From positions 96,001 through 160,000 of the forward strand of contig CAWCNY010000001.1 of NCBI GenBank assembly GCA_963797095.1: a DNA stretch of 64,000 nt, given 5' to 3'. Shown here in pieces: positions 9,933 through 19,928 of the stretch. Position numbers and translations under genes: made by a program. This DNA is from an uncultured Chloroflexia bacterium (GTDB taxonomy: Bacteria; Chloroflexota; Chloroflexia; QHBQ01; JADMIH01). The number at the start of each line of letters is the position of its first letter. Position 1 is the first letter of the stretch. Under the pieces are notes generated by a model. It was not told the DNA's origin, made no database searches, and was given only the letters and a program-made list of their open reading frames with translations.

Positions 9933-11189
9933 ATGGCCGAAAGATCTAAACAAACAAAAATCCTGGACCCCCAGGTGGCGCAAGTGCAGCCCCAAACGAA
10001 GCCGCTTACTATTAGCGGCCTTACGTCGTTGGACCGCCTGACCCGCCTTTATGATGTCATCCGGTCAATTACTTCTATTACTCAGCTTGACAAGCTTCTT
10101 GACCTGATCCTTGCCTCGGCTACCGGTATGGTAGGAGCGCGCGGTGGCTTCCTTATGCTGGTCAACCCTGAGACAAACGAATTGAAGTGCGAAGTGACCT
10201 CCGGCGGGATGGCAGCCGGCCTCAGAGGCGCGGTGCTCAAAATCGATGAGAGGACTGTGCCAGGTATGGTCGCCTCCAAAGGCAAGCCCTACCGGGAGAA
10301 CGATATATCGCGCAGCCCCTTCTTCGCCTCCCAGAAGCGCAACCCCTCAGGTGACTATCCGATCCACAAGCTGATGTGCGTTCCTCTCAAAGTGCAGGAT
10401 CGGATCACAGGAGTGGTGCAAGTTCTCGACAAGACCACCGGCGAAGATTTCAACGACGACGATCTACGCCTCCTGCAAGCGATGGCCGATTCGGCAGCTA
10501 TCTCGGTTGAAAACGTGCGTCTCTACGAAGCGGAACGCAAAAAGAGCGAGTTGCTTAGCCAGGCGTATGAGGACTTGCGCGCCAACTATGACGGCACTCT
10601 GCAAGCTCTTACCGGTCTCCTAGACGCCCGCGATACCGCCACCAGAGGGCACAGCAATCGCGTGGTGGCCCTTACTATGCGTCTCGTACAGGAAATAGGT
10701 ATAACAGATCCTCATCGTGTCCGCTCTATCGAGCTTGGCTCACTATTGCATGATGTGGGTAAGATCGGCGTTCCAGATGCCATCCTCCGCAAGCCCGGCC
10801 CTCTCGATGGGGCGGAGTGGCAGCAGATGCGCGCTCACCCTGAGATCGGTTACCGGCTTCTGAAGCACATTGAATTTCTCAAGGACGCGCTGCCCGTGGT
10901 CCGCTACCACCACGAGCGCTTCAACGGCACAGGGTATCCATATGGCCTTGAAGGGAGGCAGATACCCTTTGAAGCGCGTATATTCGCTGTTGCCGATGCT
11001 TTCGATGCCATCGTCTCGGAGAGACCTTACAAGAAGCCCCGTACATACGAGGAAGCGGTCCATATCTTCACCGAGGATAAAGGCCATTTCTTCGACCCCG
11101 AAGTTGTAGAAGCGTTTCTGAGAGTTCCTAAAGAGGATTGGCTACAGATCCTCGAGGAGTCCCGCGAGACTTCGCTCTCTGAAGTCTAG
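9933..11189 (+). CDS. GAF + HD-GYP domain cyclic dinucleotide phosphodiesterase
   Basis: N-terminal GAF (CVPLKVQDRITGV...DFNDDDLRLL); HDVGKIG and HHERFNGTGYP motifs; extended -10 TGcTATAAT at 9840-9848. Confidence 0.92.
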   Translation: MAERSKQTKILDPQVAQVQPQTKPLTISGLTSLDRLTRLYDVIRSITSITQLDKLLDLILASATGMVGARGGFLMLVNPETNELKCEVTSGGMAAGLRGAVLKIDERTVPGMVASKGKPYRENDISRSPFFASQKRNPSGDYPIHKLMCVPLKVQDRITGVVQVLDKTTGEDFNDDDLRLLQAMADSAAISVENVRLYEAERKKSELLSQAYEDLRANYDGTLQALTGLLDARDTATRGHSNRVVALTMRLVQEIGITDPHRVRSIELGSLLHDVGKIGVPDAILRKPGPLDGAEWQQMRAHPEIGYRLLKHIEFLKDALPVVRYHHERFNGTGYPYGLEGRQIPFEARIFAVADAFDAIVSERPYKKPRTYEEAVHIFTEDKGHFFDPEVVEAFLRVPKEDWLQILEESRETSLSEV

Positions 11190-11290
11190 AAGAACCTGTA
11201 GCAGCGACTTTCCAGCCATTCTGCTCGGTTGTAGGGTTACTCGACCGGGCTATTGGTGTATGTGCTTTGGGTGCCTGTCTGACCTGGCTG

Positions 11291-11767
11291 TTAGTTTTTC
11301 CTCAGGGTTGTGACGAAACCGATTATATTGAACATCCCGTAGCCGATAGGCCATGTAAACGGGAAAATTGCCATGAAATATGCCACAATTGTCCAGATCA
11401 GAGATAGCCACCAACCGACCAGAATGAAATAGATTATACGCACGATCAACGGGAACTGAGTGTCGCCGCGGGCGATCCGCAGCACCCCATCGGCATCTTG
11501 TATCACGTTAATCGACTGACTGCCGGGCGAGAGAGTCATAATTTGCGGAACGCGATTGAGCATTGTAAGGCCGAGTGGTAACCCCACGATAGTGACGTTC
11601 AGCAACCAGGCAATAGCTATCCAGATTGCTGCAAGCCACCAGCCGACGAAAATGAAATAGAGGCCCCTTACGAAACACCCAGGCCCACTGGGGTTGACAA
11701 CGAACACGGTCTTCGGTATTGCTGACAACGGATCTGCCTCAGACCGTTGCGCCGGCGGTTGTGCCAT
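11291..11767 (-). CDS. YccF-like inner membrane protein (duplicated YFIxVGWW repeat)
   Basis: Two repeats 'R.lYFIfVGWWL', TIVGLPLG motif; RBS AGGAGG. Confidence 0.8.
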   Translation of the reverse strand: MAQPPAQRSEADPLSAIPKTVFVVNPSGPGCFVRGLYFIFVGWWLAAIWIAIAWLLNVTIVGLPLGLTMLNRVPQIMTLSPGSQSINVIQDADGVLRIARGDTQFPLIVRIIYFILVGWWLSLIWTIVAYFMAIFPFTWPIGYGMFNIIGFVTTLRKN

Positions 11768-12149
11768 TGATCCTGTTACCTCCTGATATCCATAATGGTG
11801 TTTGCATTACAACGAGAGTGCGAGGTGTTATCACCGCCCTGGAGATGCCTGTTTGGGCATATCAAGCTTCCCAGTCTGCTACATCTCGTCGTATGCGTAG
11901 AATAATAATATCATAGTCTGCCATCGAACCAATAATCTTTCGCAAGTACGCCTGGCGCGTACCTGTCGCCAGGCTTCCAAAAAAGAGCGTTATGCACATG
12001 GCAAGTACCTTTGGCGGCGATATCCACCCCCTAAAGTACGCTTTTTGAAGCCTATTCAAGCAACAACTTGATACGCTAAACTGAATATGCTAGCACAACA
12101 ATAGAACCTATGGTGTTACATACCATCAGATAAGACAAGGAGCAACAGG

Positions 12150-12467
12150 GTGACCAATCTAAGCGGTGTTGAAACGGCAGCCAGGCTTTCTCAGCAAACA
12201 ATCGAAGATTATATAGAAGCATGGGTAGCCAGGGAAATAGAGCGTGTAGCATTCCGCCGGGGTAAAAGCGATCCACGAAGCCTCGCACGCTCTCAAGCAA
12301 AGCTCATGTGTGCCACCCTGGAGGTTGCCAAAGACTGCACGGACGCCGATCACTATCTGGCCTGCAAACAGAGCCTGGACAGACAAGCCTACATGCTGTT
12401 GCGCATCGAGGAAAGCTATAGCTTCGCCTCTTTCCTCTCCGCACCGGAAGAAATCGCATATCGCTGA
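12150..12467 (+). CDS. Hypothetical protein
   Basis: GTG start 8 nt after AAGGAG; helical, protein-like sequence; no recognised family. Confidence 0.55.
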   Translation: MTNLSGVETAARLSQQTIEDYIEAWVAREIERVAFRRGKSDPRSLARSQAKLMCATLEVAKDCTDADHYLACKQSLDRQAYMLLRIEESYSFASFLSAPEEIAYR

Positions 12468-12672
12468 TCATGAGGGGTCGATAGTAAAGCACTTATAGTA
12501 AACGGTGCATCAGAAGAGGCTCGGAAGAGCCTCTTCTGCTTGGCCCTCGCGCACAAATCCCAATCGATCTCGTGTCGAACCTCTGATCGCCCTATGGCCA
12601 CCTAATTGCATATTATGATTGACTCTCACCCATACGCGTGCTAAAATAGTAGTGATAGCGAGAGGGAAAGCA

Positions 12673-13308
12673 ATGGGCGAGCACATCGGTGGGCGACGTT
12701 TACGCGCTGCGGAAGGGTCGCGCTTCTATGTCGACCTGTTACGTGCGGCGGGGTTGGCTGTTGTCCTGGGCCTCATAATGGAGGCTTTGCTGGTAGTCGG
12801 TGGTCAGGAACCCGCCAATCTCACCAGTCTTCTCGATAACGGCCTGTGGCCTTTGCTGGTTTGTATGACGCTTGCCGTAGGTCAGGCGATTTCTTCTGCC
12901 AACCCATCCACCGCGGGTACATTTTCCCTCTTGATCACCCCTCTGGCGTTCCTGGTCGCCAAAATCGCCCCAAAAGGCGTGCGCGATCTCCTGGCAGGCG
13001 TCTCCCTTGGAAACTACCTCTCTGCCGATCTTCTTCTGGAAGCGGGATTGCGTGCTATTGAATATGCTGTGCTGGCGGCAGTTCTCGCCTACTTCTGGCG
13101 GCAACAAGGGGCAGGCATATTAATGCATCTTGGCCTGGGCCTGGGAATTGGTGTTCTGTTCGGCCTCTTTATCGCGGCCTTTGTATCACCGCCCTCTTTC
13201 CTCAACTGGGTTGAGGCGGAGGTGGTCTTTCCTACCGGCTGCGCCTTGATCGTCTACGTGTCGCAGACCCCAACCCAATTGTTACCAGACGACGATATGC
13301 TTACCTGA
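12673..13308 (+). CDS. Hypothetical multi-pass membrane protein
   Basis: About 6 hydrophobic segments; RBS GAGGG before ATG 12673. Confidence 0.7.
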   Translation: MGEHIGGRRLRAAEGSRFYVDLLRAAGLAVVLGLIMEALLVVGGQEPANLTSLLDNGLWPLLVCMTLAVGQAISSANPSTAGTFSLLITPLAFLVAKIAPKGVRDLLAGVSLGNYLSADLLLEAGLRAIEYAVLAAVLAYFWRQQGAGILMHLGLGLGIGVLFGLFIAAFVSPPSFLNWVEAEVVFPTGCALIVYVSQTPTQLLPDDDMLT

Positions 13309-13351
13309 AAAGGCGAGCAAACACAGAATACCTTTCATGCCGGAATCGGGT

Positions 13352-13397
13352 AAAACAAAAGACCCGAACAGTCCTTGCGGATCGTCCGGGCTTTTGT
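13352..13397. terminator. Bidirectional intrinsic terminator
   Basis: ACAAAAGACCCGAACAGTCC-TTGC-GGATCGTCCGGGCTTTTGT hairpin with A/T tracts on both sides, between convergent units. Confidence 0.8.
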
Positions 13398-13648
13398 CCT
13401 TCAAGAGGTCTGCAAACTGAGCAGGCGCGCCACCTGAACCGAAGTCCCTGTGAAGTCCACCTTTCAATGGACCTGCGACCCGTACTCACATAACCGATGA
13501 GCCGTCTCCGAAGAGCGATCTCTCACGACCCCCGTCTCCGGTGCGTTCCCGGCGAACCGTTCACGCGCTCCGGCGGGTGGTCCGGTACTTCTCTCTGCGC
13601 CGTCGAAGCGGCTAGCCGTCTGTACCGCAGTCCCTGTAGTTCCGAAGT
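13352..13648 (-). ncRNA. Candidate structured non-coding RNA (~300 nt), family not recognised
   Basis: Own consensus promoter upstream and terminator downstream, no credible ORF, several UUCG/GAAA-capped stems and 5'/3' end pairing. Confidence 0.7.
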
Positions 13649-13654
13649 AGCTTG

Positions 13655-13683
13655 ATTATAGAGCGGCTCCAACTCGCTGTCAA
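13655..13683 (-). promoter_or_regulatory. Perfect sigma70 promoter driving the candidate ncRNA
   Basis: Minus strand TTGACA (13683-13678), 17 bp, TATAAT (13660-13655). Confidence 0.88.
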
Positions 13684-13754
13684 TGCCCATCCTCCAAAGT
13701 TTTCCACATCCGTGCAACCCCTGGAAGACCGGCATTGGCAGCTTGCAATAGTGT

Positions 13755-15131
13755 CTAGTTCGTGATGTCGCTGGCTCCGGAGGGCCACGCCTGCAAGGTC
13801 AGTGTCAGGTCCTGGTGCTGACCATCCCGAACGATAGTGAGGGTAACTTTGTCGCCGGGCTGCTTGTTGTTCAGGTAGCTGGTCAGGTCGCTGACCGCCC
13901 CTACCTTCTGACCGTCGATAGCTACGATTATGTCTCCTATCTGAGTGGTTGAGGTAGCTCCGGGTTGGCCTGTGCCTCCCTCGATACCCGAGATAGTAGA
14001 AGCCTTGAGTCCTGCCTGGGCAGCGGGGCTATTGGCTGTGACATCCATTACCAGCACGCCCCGGCTCACCGGCAGATTGTATTCCTGTTGTAGATCCTGG
14101 CTGATCTCAAGCCCTGCGATACCGATCCATGGCCTTTGTACCTGGCCGCCCTGCTCGAGCTGGCTCAGCAGTGACTTTACCTGGTTGATAGGTATAGCCA
14201 GTCCCACTCCGGTGAAGCCTTCTACCGGGCTTTCGATCATGGTGTTGATGCCTATTACTTCACCTTCGCTATTGAGGAGCGGTCCGCCGCTATTGCCGGG
14301 GTTGATTGCCGCATCCACCTGGATCAGGCCGTTCAGCGACCTGCTGCCGGTGGATCCTGCATCAGTTCGGTTCAGGCCACTCACGATACCCGACGATACG
14401 CTCTGATCGAGGCCGTAAGGGTAGCCTATGGCGATCACCTCGTCTCCCACCTGTGCGGTGGACGAGTCGCCCAGCGTTGCAGGCACCAGCAGGTCGCTCG
14501 GGGCGTCAACCTTGATCACCGCCAGATCGTCCTGCGGCGCGGTTCCTACTACTGTCGCGTCGTACTCACTGCCGTTGGAAAACTCCACCTTGATCGATGT
14601 GCCATTGTCGATCACGTGGTTGTTGGTGACGATGTAGCCGTTCGTATCGATGATTATGCCTGTGCCTGTGGCTTCGCCGCTGGCCGCAAACCTGCCGTTA
14701 CCGCTGCGCACGATAGAGGTAATCCGCACTACGGACGGTGATACCTTCTGGTATACACTGCCGATGGTGATCGTGTTGCTCTGTGCCACCGTCTCTGAAC
14801 TGCCGCTCGTGGCTATTTCGCTATTGCTGGCGGTCGATGTCGGAGCTGTAGCCACCGCATTGGAGTTCGCGTTGGTTGCCAGCATGACGGCCTCGGCTCC
14901 CGCGCCGCCCAGCACTGTTCCGAGTACGAGGGCACCGGAAACCATGAGGCCGAGCACAAGCGGTTGCTTCTTGCTCTGTTTCTGTGGGTGTATGATTGCG
15001 GCTTCTTCATGGTGTTCCGGCATGTATGGCCGTCGAATATAGTTCGGCTCCAGGGGGGTGGTTTGTGGCCCCCCTGAGCCGGTATTGCTGTAAATCTCGT
15101 TCTGAGTATTTTGCGTGTTATCGCTGTCCAT
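13755..15131 (-). CDS. htrA: HtrA/DegP-like S1C serine protease with PDZ domain and N-terminal TM anchor
   Basis: TNNHV, DLAVIK, AINPGNSGGPL catalytic triad motifs; C-terminal PDZ. Confidence 0.95.
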   Translation of the reverse strand: MDSDNTQNTQNEIYSNTGSGGPQTTPLEPNYIRRPYMPEHHEEAAIIHPQKQSKKQPLVLGLMVSGALVLGTVLGGAGAEAVMLATNANSNAVATAPTSTASNSEIATSGSSETVAQSNTITIGSVYQKVSPSVVRITSIVRSGNGRFAASGEATGTGIIIDTNGYIVTNNHVIDNGTSIKVEFSNGSEYDATVVGTAPQDDLAVIKVDAPSDLLVPATLGDSSTAQVGDEVIAIGYPYGLDQSVSSGIVSGLNRTDAGSTGSRSLNGLIQVDAAINPGNSGGPLLNSEGEVIGINTMIESPVEGFTGVGLAIPINQVKSLLSQLEQGGQVQRPWIGIAGLEISQDLQQEYNLPVSRGVLVMDVTANSPAAQAGLKASTISGIEGGTGQPGATSTTQIGDIIVAIDGQKVGAVSDLTSYLNNKQPGDKVTLTIVRDGQHQDLTLTLQAWPSGASDITN

Positions 15132-15439
15132 TATTCTAATCTCCGTTTCTGTTCCTGTTTATAGCTTGATCTCATGTTCAAGACCGATTGCTATGTTCTC
15201 TCTATATCTATCTTACAGCGTAAGGCTTAATGTTAGCTGATTCATTTATTAATGTTTGGTGTAGAACCTACCCTGCGAGGGCGCTTGGATCAGCTACTAT
15301 TGGCCGTATGACGTTACATCGGGCGGTGCGGTATAATCAATTCAGGAACACAACATATCAAGGATCTCAAAATAGAAGCGCACAGCGCGAAACGTCCTAA
15401 ATGGGAATGGTAAGATAGGGTACAGGAGAAGCAGTACAT

Positions 15440-15877
15440 ATGATGCGAACAGTTTGCAAATCGAAGATTCATGGGGCAACCGTCACGGAAGCCAACCTCA
15501 ATTACGTAGGTAGCTGCACCATCGATCCCACCCTGATGAAAGCCGCCAATATTGTTCCTTACGAGTGGCTTCACGTGGTCAACGTCAATACAGGCTCTCG
15601 CTTCCAGACCTATGCTATACCGGGCGAAGCAAGCTCAGGCATAATCGCTCTGAATGGGGCTGCTGCCCGCCTCGGGCACCCCGGCGACAAAGTGATCATC
15701 ATGTGCGCGGCCTCTATCACCGAAGAAGAGCTTACAACGTTTCGCCCGCACCTGGTTTTCGTGGACGACCACAACCGGATAATCACCCCTACTGTAGGGG
15801 ACCGCTCCTGGAACCTTGACGACCTGGGCGCGGAATCGGAGATCAATGACGCTCTGCGCGAGATGTCGCAGGCGTGA
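15440..15877 (+). CDS. panD: Aspartate 1-decarboxylase
   Basis: KSKIHGATVTEANLNYVGSCTID (G-S autocleavage site), RFQTYAI, NGAAAR. Confidence 0.96.
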   Translation: MMRTVCKSKIHGATVTEANLNYVGSCTIDPTLMKAANIVPYEWLHVVNVNTGSRFQTYAIPGEASSGIIALNGAAARLGHPGDKVIIMCAASITEEELTTFRPHLVFVDDHNRIITPTVGDRSWNLDDLGAESEINDALREMSQA

Positions 15878-15953
15878 CTAGTGGCGAGTGACGAGTGGCG
15901 AGAATTGAGCTCTGTTTGGTGCTTATTCGCTTGCTGGGTATCAGGTATCACGT

Positions 15954-17153
15954 ATGAATGATGACCAAATCCAAAGTTCGATATCTAAGAGCCGCAATCT
16001 CAACACTCGGCTCATACATGCTGCCCACGAGGCCAACTCAACTGCGGCTGTCAGCCCGCCTATATACCAGACCAGCACCTATCGCCTTGCCTCTCCTGAG
16101 GAGGGAGCCGAGATAGCGCACGCCACCGCCCCCGCCGAGTTCTACACCCGGTACGGCTCGCCGAACAACAAGCAGGTCGAGCTGATGCTGGCGGCGCTGG
16201 AAGGCTCGGAGGGGGCGCTTGCCATCGGGTCGGGGGCGGCGGCTATCACGGTTGCGCTGATGTCCAACCTGGCTGCCGGGGATCATGTCATAGCGCAGAA
16301 CGTCCATTACACTTCGGCTATGACCCTGCTGACGTCCACTCTCCCCCGGTACGGGGTGGAGGTGACGATGGTGGACCAGACCGACATTGACGCGTTCGCA
16401 TACGCGCTTCGCCCGAACACGAAGGTTATCTACACCGAATCGCCTACCAATCCTACTATCGCCCTCACGGACCTGCGTGGTACTGCCGATCTGGCCCACT
16501 CGGTTGGCGCGCTGGCGATTACCGACAATACCTTCGCATCCTCGTTCAACCAGCAACCTCTCGCGCTTGGCTACGACCTGGTGTTGCACAGCGCCACCAA
16601 GTACCTGAATGGGCACGCCGACGTGACGGCGGGTGCGCTGATGGGGTCACGCGAACTGATCGACCGGGCGTGGGATTGGATGAGGGTGTACGGGCAGGTG
16701 CTGCACCCGTTTGAGGCGTGGCTGCTGCGGCGCGGGCTGATTACATATCCCCTGCGGATGGCCGTTCACAATTCGAATGCGCTGGCGGTGGCCCGGGCCC
16801 TGGAAGCGCACCAAGGGGTTGAGAGGGTGTATTATCCCGGTTTGGCGTCGCACGCGCAGCATGAGCTTGCGCTGGCGCAGATGCCGGGTGGGTTCGGGGG
16901 GATGGTGTCGTTCGAGGTGAAGGGCGGGTTCGACGCGGTGTACCGGCTGATCGGGCGCACGCAGGTGTGCGTGCTGGCGGTTAGCCTGGGCGGGGCAGAG
17001 TCGCTGATTACGCACCCGGCCTCTATGATCCACTCGCGGCAATCGGACGAAGAGCGCGAGGCAGCCGGGATCTCGCCGGGGCTGATACGGTTGTCAGTTG
17101 GGTTGGAGGCCGCCGAGGATATTATCGCGGACCTGGACCAGGCGCTCAGTTAG
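15954..17153 (+). CDS. PLP-dependent trans-sulfuration enzyme (cystathionine gamma-synthase/methionine gamma-lyase family)
   Basis: PPIYQTSTY, YTRYGSP, ESPTNP, DNTFAS, HSATKYLNGH, VSLGGAESLI, LIRLSVGLE. Confidence 0.93.
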   Translation: MNDDQIQSSISKSRNLNTRLIHAAHEANSTAAVSPPIYQTSTYRLASPEEGAEIAHATAPAEFYTRYGSPNNKQVELMLAALEGSEGALAIGSGAAAITVALMSNLAAGDHVIAQNVHYTSAMTLLTSTLPRYGVEVTMVDQTDIDAFAYALRPNTKVIYTESPTNPTIALTDLRGTADLAHSVGALAITDNTFASSFNQQPLALGYDLVLHSATKYLNGHADVTAGALMGSRELIDRAWDWMRVYGQVLHPFEAWLLRRGLITYPLRMAVHNSNALAVARALEAHQGVERVYYPGLASHAQHELALAQMPGGFGGMVSFEVKGGFDAVYRLIGRTQVCVLAVSLGGAESLITHPASMIHSRQSDEEREAAGISPGLIRLSVGLEAAEDIIADLDQALS

Positions 17154-18169
17154 GAGTTCTCTTCGGCCAGGGCCGCCCGCACTTCCTCGGCTTGAGATCT
17201 GGCCGCGCCGGTTGGGTTGTCGCCCAGGTTTGCCAGCACGCCTTCGAGGGCCATTCTGTGGGCCAGTTTCAGGGCGTCTTCTTGAGGGACGGCTATATCA
17301 GGCTCGACGCCTGTGCCCTCCCAGTTTGTGCCGCTGATGGCGTTGATGGGGCGTCCTATTGGCACGAATACGCGGAAATGGGGTGTTATTTGCACATCGC
17401 CGCCGGGGTGGGCACCTCCTCCCGTGGTCTCGCCGATTAGGGTGGCGCGTTTGAGGTTCTTCAGGTTGTAGGCGAACTCCTCCGCTCCTGAGAATGTGTT
17501 TTTGCCGGTGAGGACGTAGACGGGCTTACCGGGCATGCGCTTGCCGGGTATGTAGGGGAAGGTCCAGGTTTGGGTGGTCTTGTCCTCGCTGCGGTTGTAG
17601 AAGCTGTTGAGGTGGACGGGATCAGGGTCTAGCAGGTAGCTGGTGAGGAGAGCCACCATAGAGGGGGTACCTCCATTGTTCCGGCGCAGGTCTATTATCA
17701 GGGCCTCGGTGTGGTAGAGGAGGCTCATGGCGGCAGCGGCGGTGTCGCCCGCGCCCTCCCACCCGGCGTCCCAGAGGTTGCGAAGGTCGAGGTAGCCGAT
17801 GTTGCCCGCGAGGCGCTCGACCCGGTAGAACCCGAAGTTTTGCCTGCGGGCCATATCGATGTAGGCAGCGATTTCCTCCGGCGAGTAGTCCTCGCGGGGG
17901 GCAGTGACGGGCCTTGCCTCCTCGTTGTAGCGCACCCTCACGTGTTTGTCGCGGTTGACGGCCTGGAGGTCGGATGTGAGCCGCTCGCAGAGGCTCTCAG
18001 GGCTGTCCAGAGGGTTGTAATCGCCTCGCGCCAGGGCATCGAGGATGGCCTGGCCCATCTTTGCCCCGATCTCAGGGAAGACGTAGTAATCGATGAGAGT
18101 GTGGGCTACGCTTTCTGTTACCTGGCGCTTTGTGGCTTCGTCCACAACTAGCTGGGTGTGTGTATCCAT
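17150..18169 (-). CDS. S41 family peptidase (IRBP-like)
   Basis: GNIGYLDL, IIDLRRNNGG, TFSGAEEFAY, GETTGGG, WEGTGVEPD. Confidence 0.92.
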   Translation of the reverse strand: MDTHTQLVVDEATKRQVTESVAHTLIDYYVFPEIGAKMGQAILDALARGDYNPLDSPESLCERLTSDLQAVNRDKHVRVRYNEEARPVTAPREDYSPEEIAAYIDMARRQNFGFYRVERLAGNIGYLDLRNLWDAGWEGAGDTAAAAMSLLYHTEALIIDLRRNNGGTPSMVALLTSYLLDPDPVHLNSFYNRSEDKTTQTWTFPYIPGKRMPGKPVYVLTGKNTFSGAEEFAYNLKNLKRATLIGETTGGGAHPGGDVQITPHFRVFVPIGRPINAISGTNWEGTGVEPDIAVPQEDALKLAHRMALEGVLANLGDNPTGAARSQAEEVRAALAEENS

Positions 18170-18699
18170 TGAGAAAGCTCTCTTTCTGGTCAGTGACGAG
18201 TGACGAGTGACGAGTGACGAGTGGAGGGCAAGCGGTGATTCTTTGTTGTCTGTATACAGGGGCACCGGAGGGTGCGCTTCCGGTTCTCCGGTGGTAGCCA
18301 TGCTCTCTTTCGTGTGCCTTTCTTTGCATCATATTAGCATGGCGTTTTGTTTTGTGTCGAGGTGCGCGGAATGCGGAGTGGTTTTTGAGATTGTGGTGTG
18401 GCCTGCGGCCTTGGCCGCTGTGTGCTTTTTGTTTGTTGGCCTGATAAGGTGCTTCTGTATCTGATGTTAGCGCGTCTGTTTGTACCTGGATACGCACAAA
18501 TGGGTAGTTTTCGGGGGGATTTTGATGGGTGGGTGTTGTTGTTTAGGGTGCAAGGTATGGTGGGTAGGGTGCATGGGCCCTGGGGGTCATGCACCCTGTT
18601 GGTTGTTCTCCTTTTTGTTGCTTGTAGGGATAGGTGTCCCTTTGCGCAACTGGTCCGTGTGCCGTGTGGGCAGCAGGGGACTATTCCGGTTCCTAGCAA

Positions 18700-19610
18700 G
18701 CGATGTGTGGGCAGTAGGAGGTTATGATGACCAGCCTGGTACTCCCTTCCAGACGCTGGTCGAGCACTGGGATGGCACTTCCTGGAGCATCGCGAGTAGC
18801 CCCAGTATCGGCACCGCGGACAACTACCTGGTCGCGGTGTCGGCTGATTCGGGCAACGATGTTTGGGCGGCGGGCTACTACGATGCGAACTCCCCACAGC
18901 CATTGATGTTGCGGTACCAACCCTGTGCTTCCACACCTACACCTACGCCTAAGCCGAGCGCCACGCCAAGGGTCGTGGTCACACCCACGCCTGCGCCAAC
19001 CTACCCACCCGCCGACATCCCTGGCTCAAATAGCCGCTTCTTCCCCCAAACAGGCAAGACCGTCAGAGGTATCTTCCTCGACTACTGGAACACCCATGGC
19101 GGGCTCGCCCAACAGGGTTATCCCATCTCCGACATGTTCGGCGAGGTTTCCGATCTCAACGGACAAGTGTACACTGTGCAGTACTTCGAGCGAGCCGTGT
19201 TCGAGTACCACCCTGAGAATGCCCCTCCCAACGACGTATTGCTCTCGCTCCTCGGCTACTACACCTATAAGCAGAAGTACCCTGGACCGGAAGGTGCTCC
19301 ATACCAGAACAACAGCCCACCGGCAGGTGCCATGCTTTTCCCGGAGACGGGCAAATGGGTAGCAGGGGGGTTCCTGGTTTAGGCAGGGGGGTTCCTGGTT
19401 TATTGGAAATCACATGGTGGGCTGGCGCAGCAGGGCTACCCCATCTCCAACGAGTTCCAGGAGAAGTCGGCCACGGACGGGAGGGTGTACAGTGTACAGT
19501 ACTTCCAGCGAGCGGTGTTCGAGTACCACCCTGAGTACAAGGGCACACCAAACGAGGTGCTGCTGTCGCTGCTTGGCGCCTTCAGGTACAACGACATGTA
19601 TCCGGAGTAG
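18700..19610 (+). pseudogene. Remnant of a secreted/surface protein (beta-propeller fragment, PT linker, two FPETG/HGGLAQQGYPIS repeats); 5' truncated, in-frame TAG at 19380-19382
   Basis: DVWAVG...TLVEHWDGTSWS repeats; the frame continues after the TAG as YWKSHGGLAQQGYPISNEFQE...QYFQRAVFEYHPE to the stop at 19610. Confidence 0.75.
19362..19402 (+). repeat. Tandem duplication (21-bp period) creating a stop codon
   Basis: GCAGGGGGGTTCCTGGTTTA-G-GCAGGGGGGTTCCTGGTTTA. Confidence 0.9.
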
Positions 19611-19715
19611 TGCGCCCGTGCGCCCGGCACGGCGCCACGGCCTGCTCCTAAGGCGTGCGACTTGATACTACCCGGCCCTACAGCCAGCCTGGCGTGTCTC
19701 AGTTGGCGGCTCGTA

Positions 19716-19755
19716 TGGAAAGGCTCTCTCTCAACTGGAAAGGCTCTCTCTCAAC
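19716..19755 (+). repeat. Perfect 20-bp tandem duplication
   Basis: TGGAAAGGCTCTCTCTCAAC x2. Confidence 0.9.
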
Positions 19756-19928
19756 GCCTATTCAGGGTAACATCAGAGGGCGCGCCGAAATCGCCACGGC
19801 TACCACGGCTACCAGGGCTAAAAAGAACCCAGCACTAGCACCAAGCACAGATTGGTTCATATCTGAACGATCCTTCTGACCTCGCAAACCCATAGGCACG
19901 TATACAACAGGCAGAACAAGTCTACGGA

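Noticed and set aside
13540-13625. RNase P RNA identity for the ncRNA candidate (CAGACGGCUAGCCGCUUCG...GAGAAGUACCGG resembles an rnpB 5' region)
   Set aside because: The invariant GAGGAAAGUCC and 3' ACAGAAnnCGGCUUA motifs are absent
13523-13735. 70-aa minus-strand ORF over the ncRNA region
   Set aside because: Starts upstream of the promoter and runs through it, has no RBS, and is not protein-like
19380-19382. Pyrrolysine/stop read-through at the in-frame TAG
   Set aside because: The TAG is created by the junction of a 21-bp duplication in a gene that is already 5' truncated
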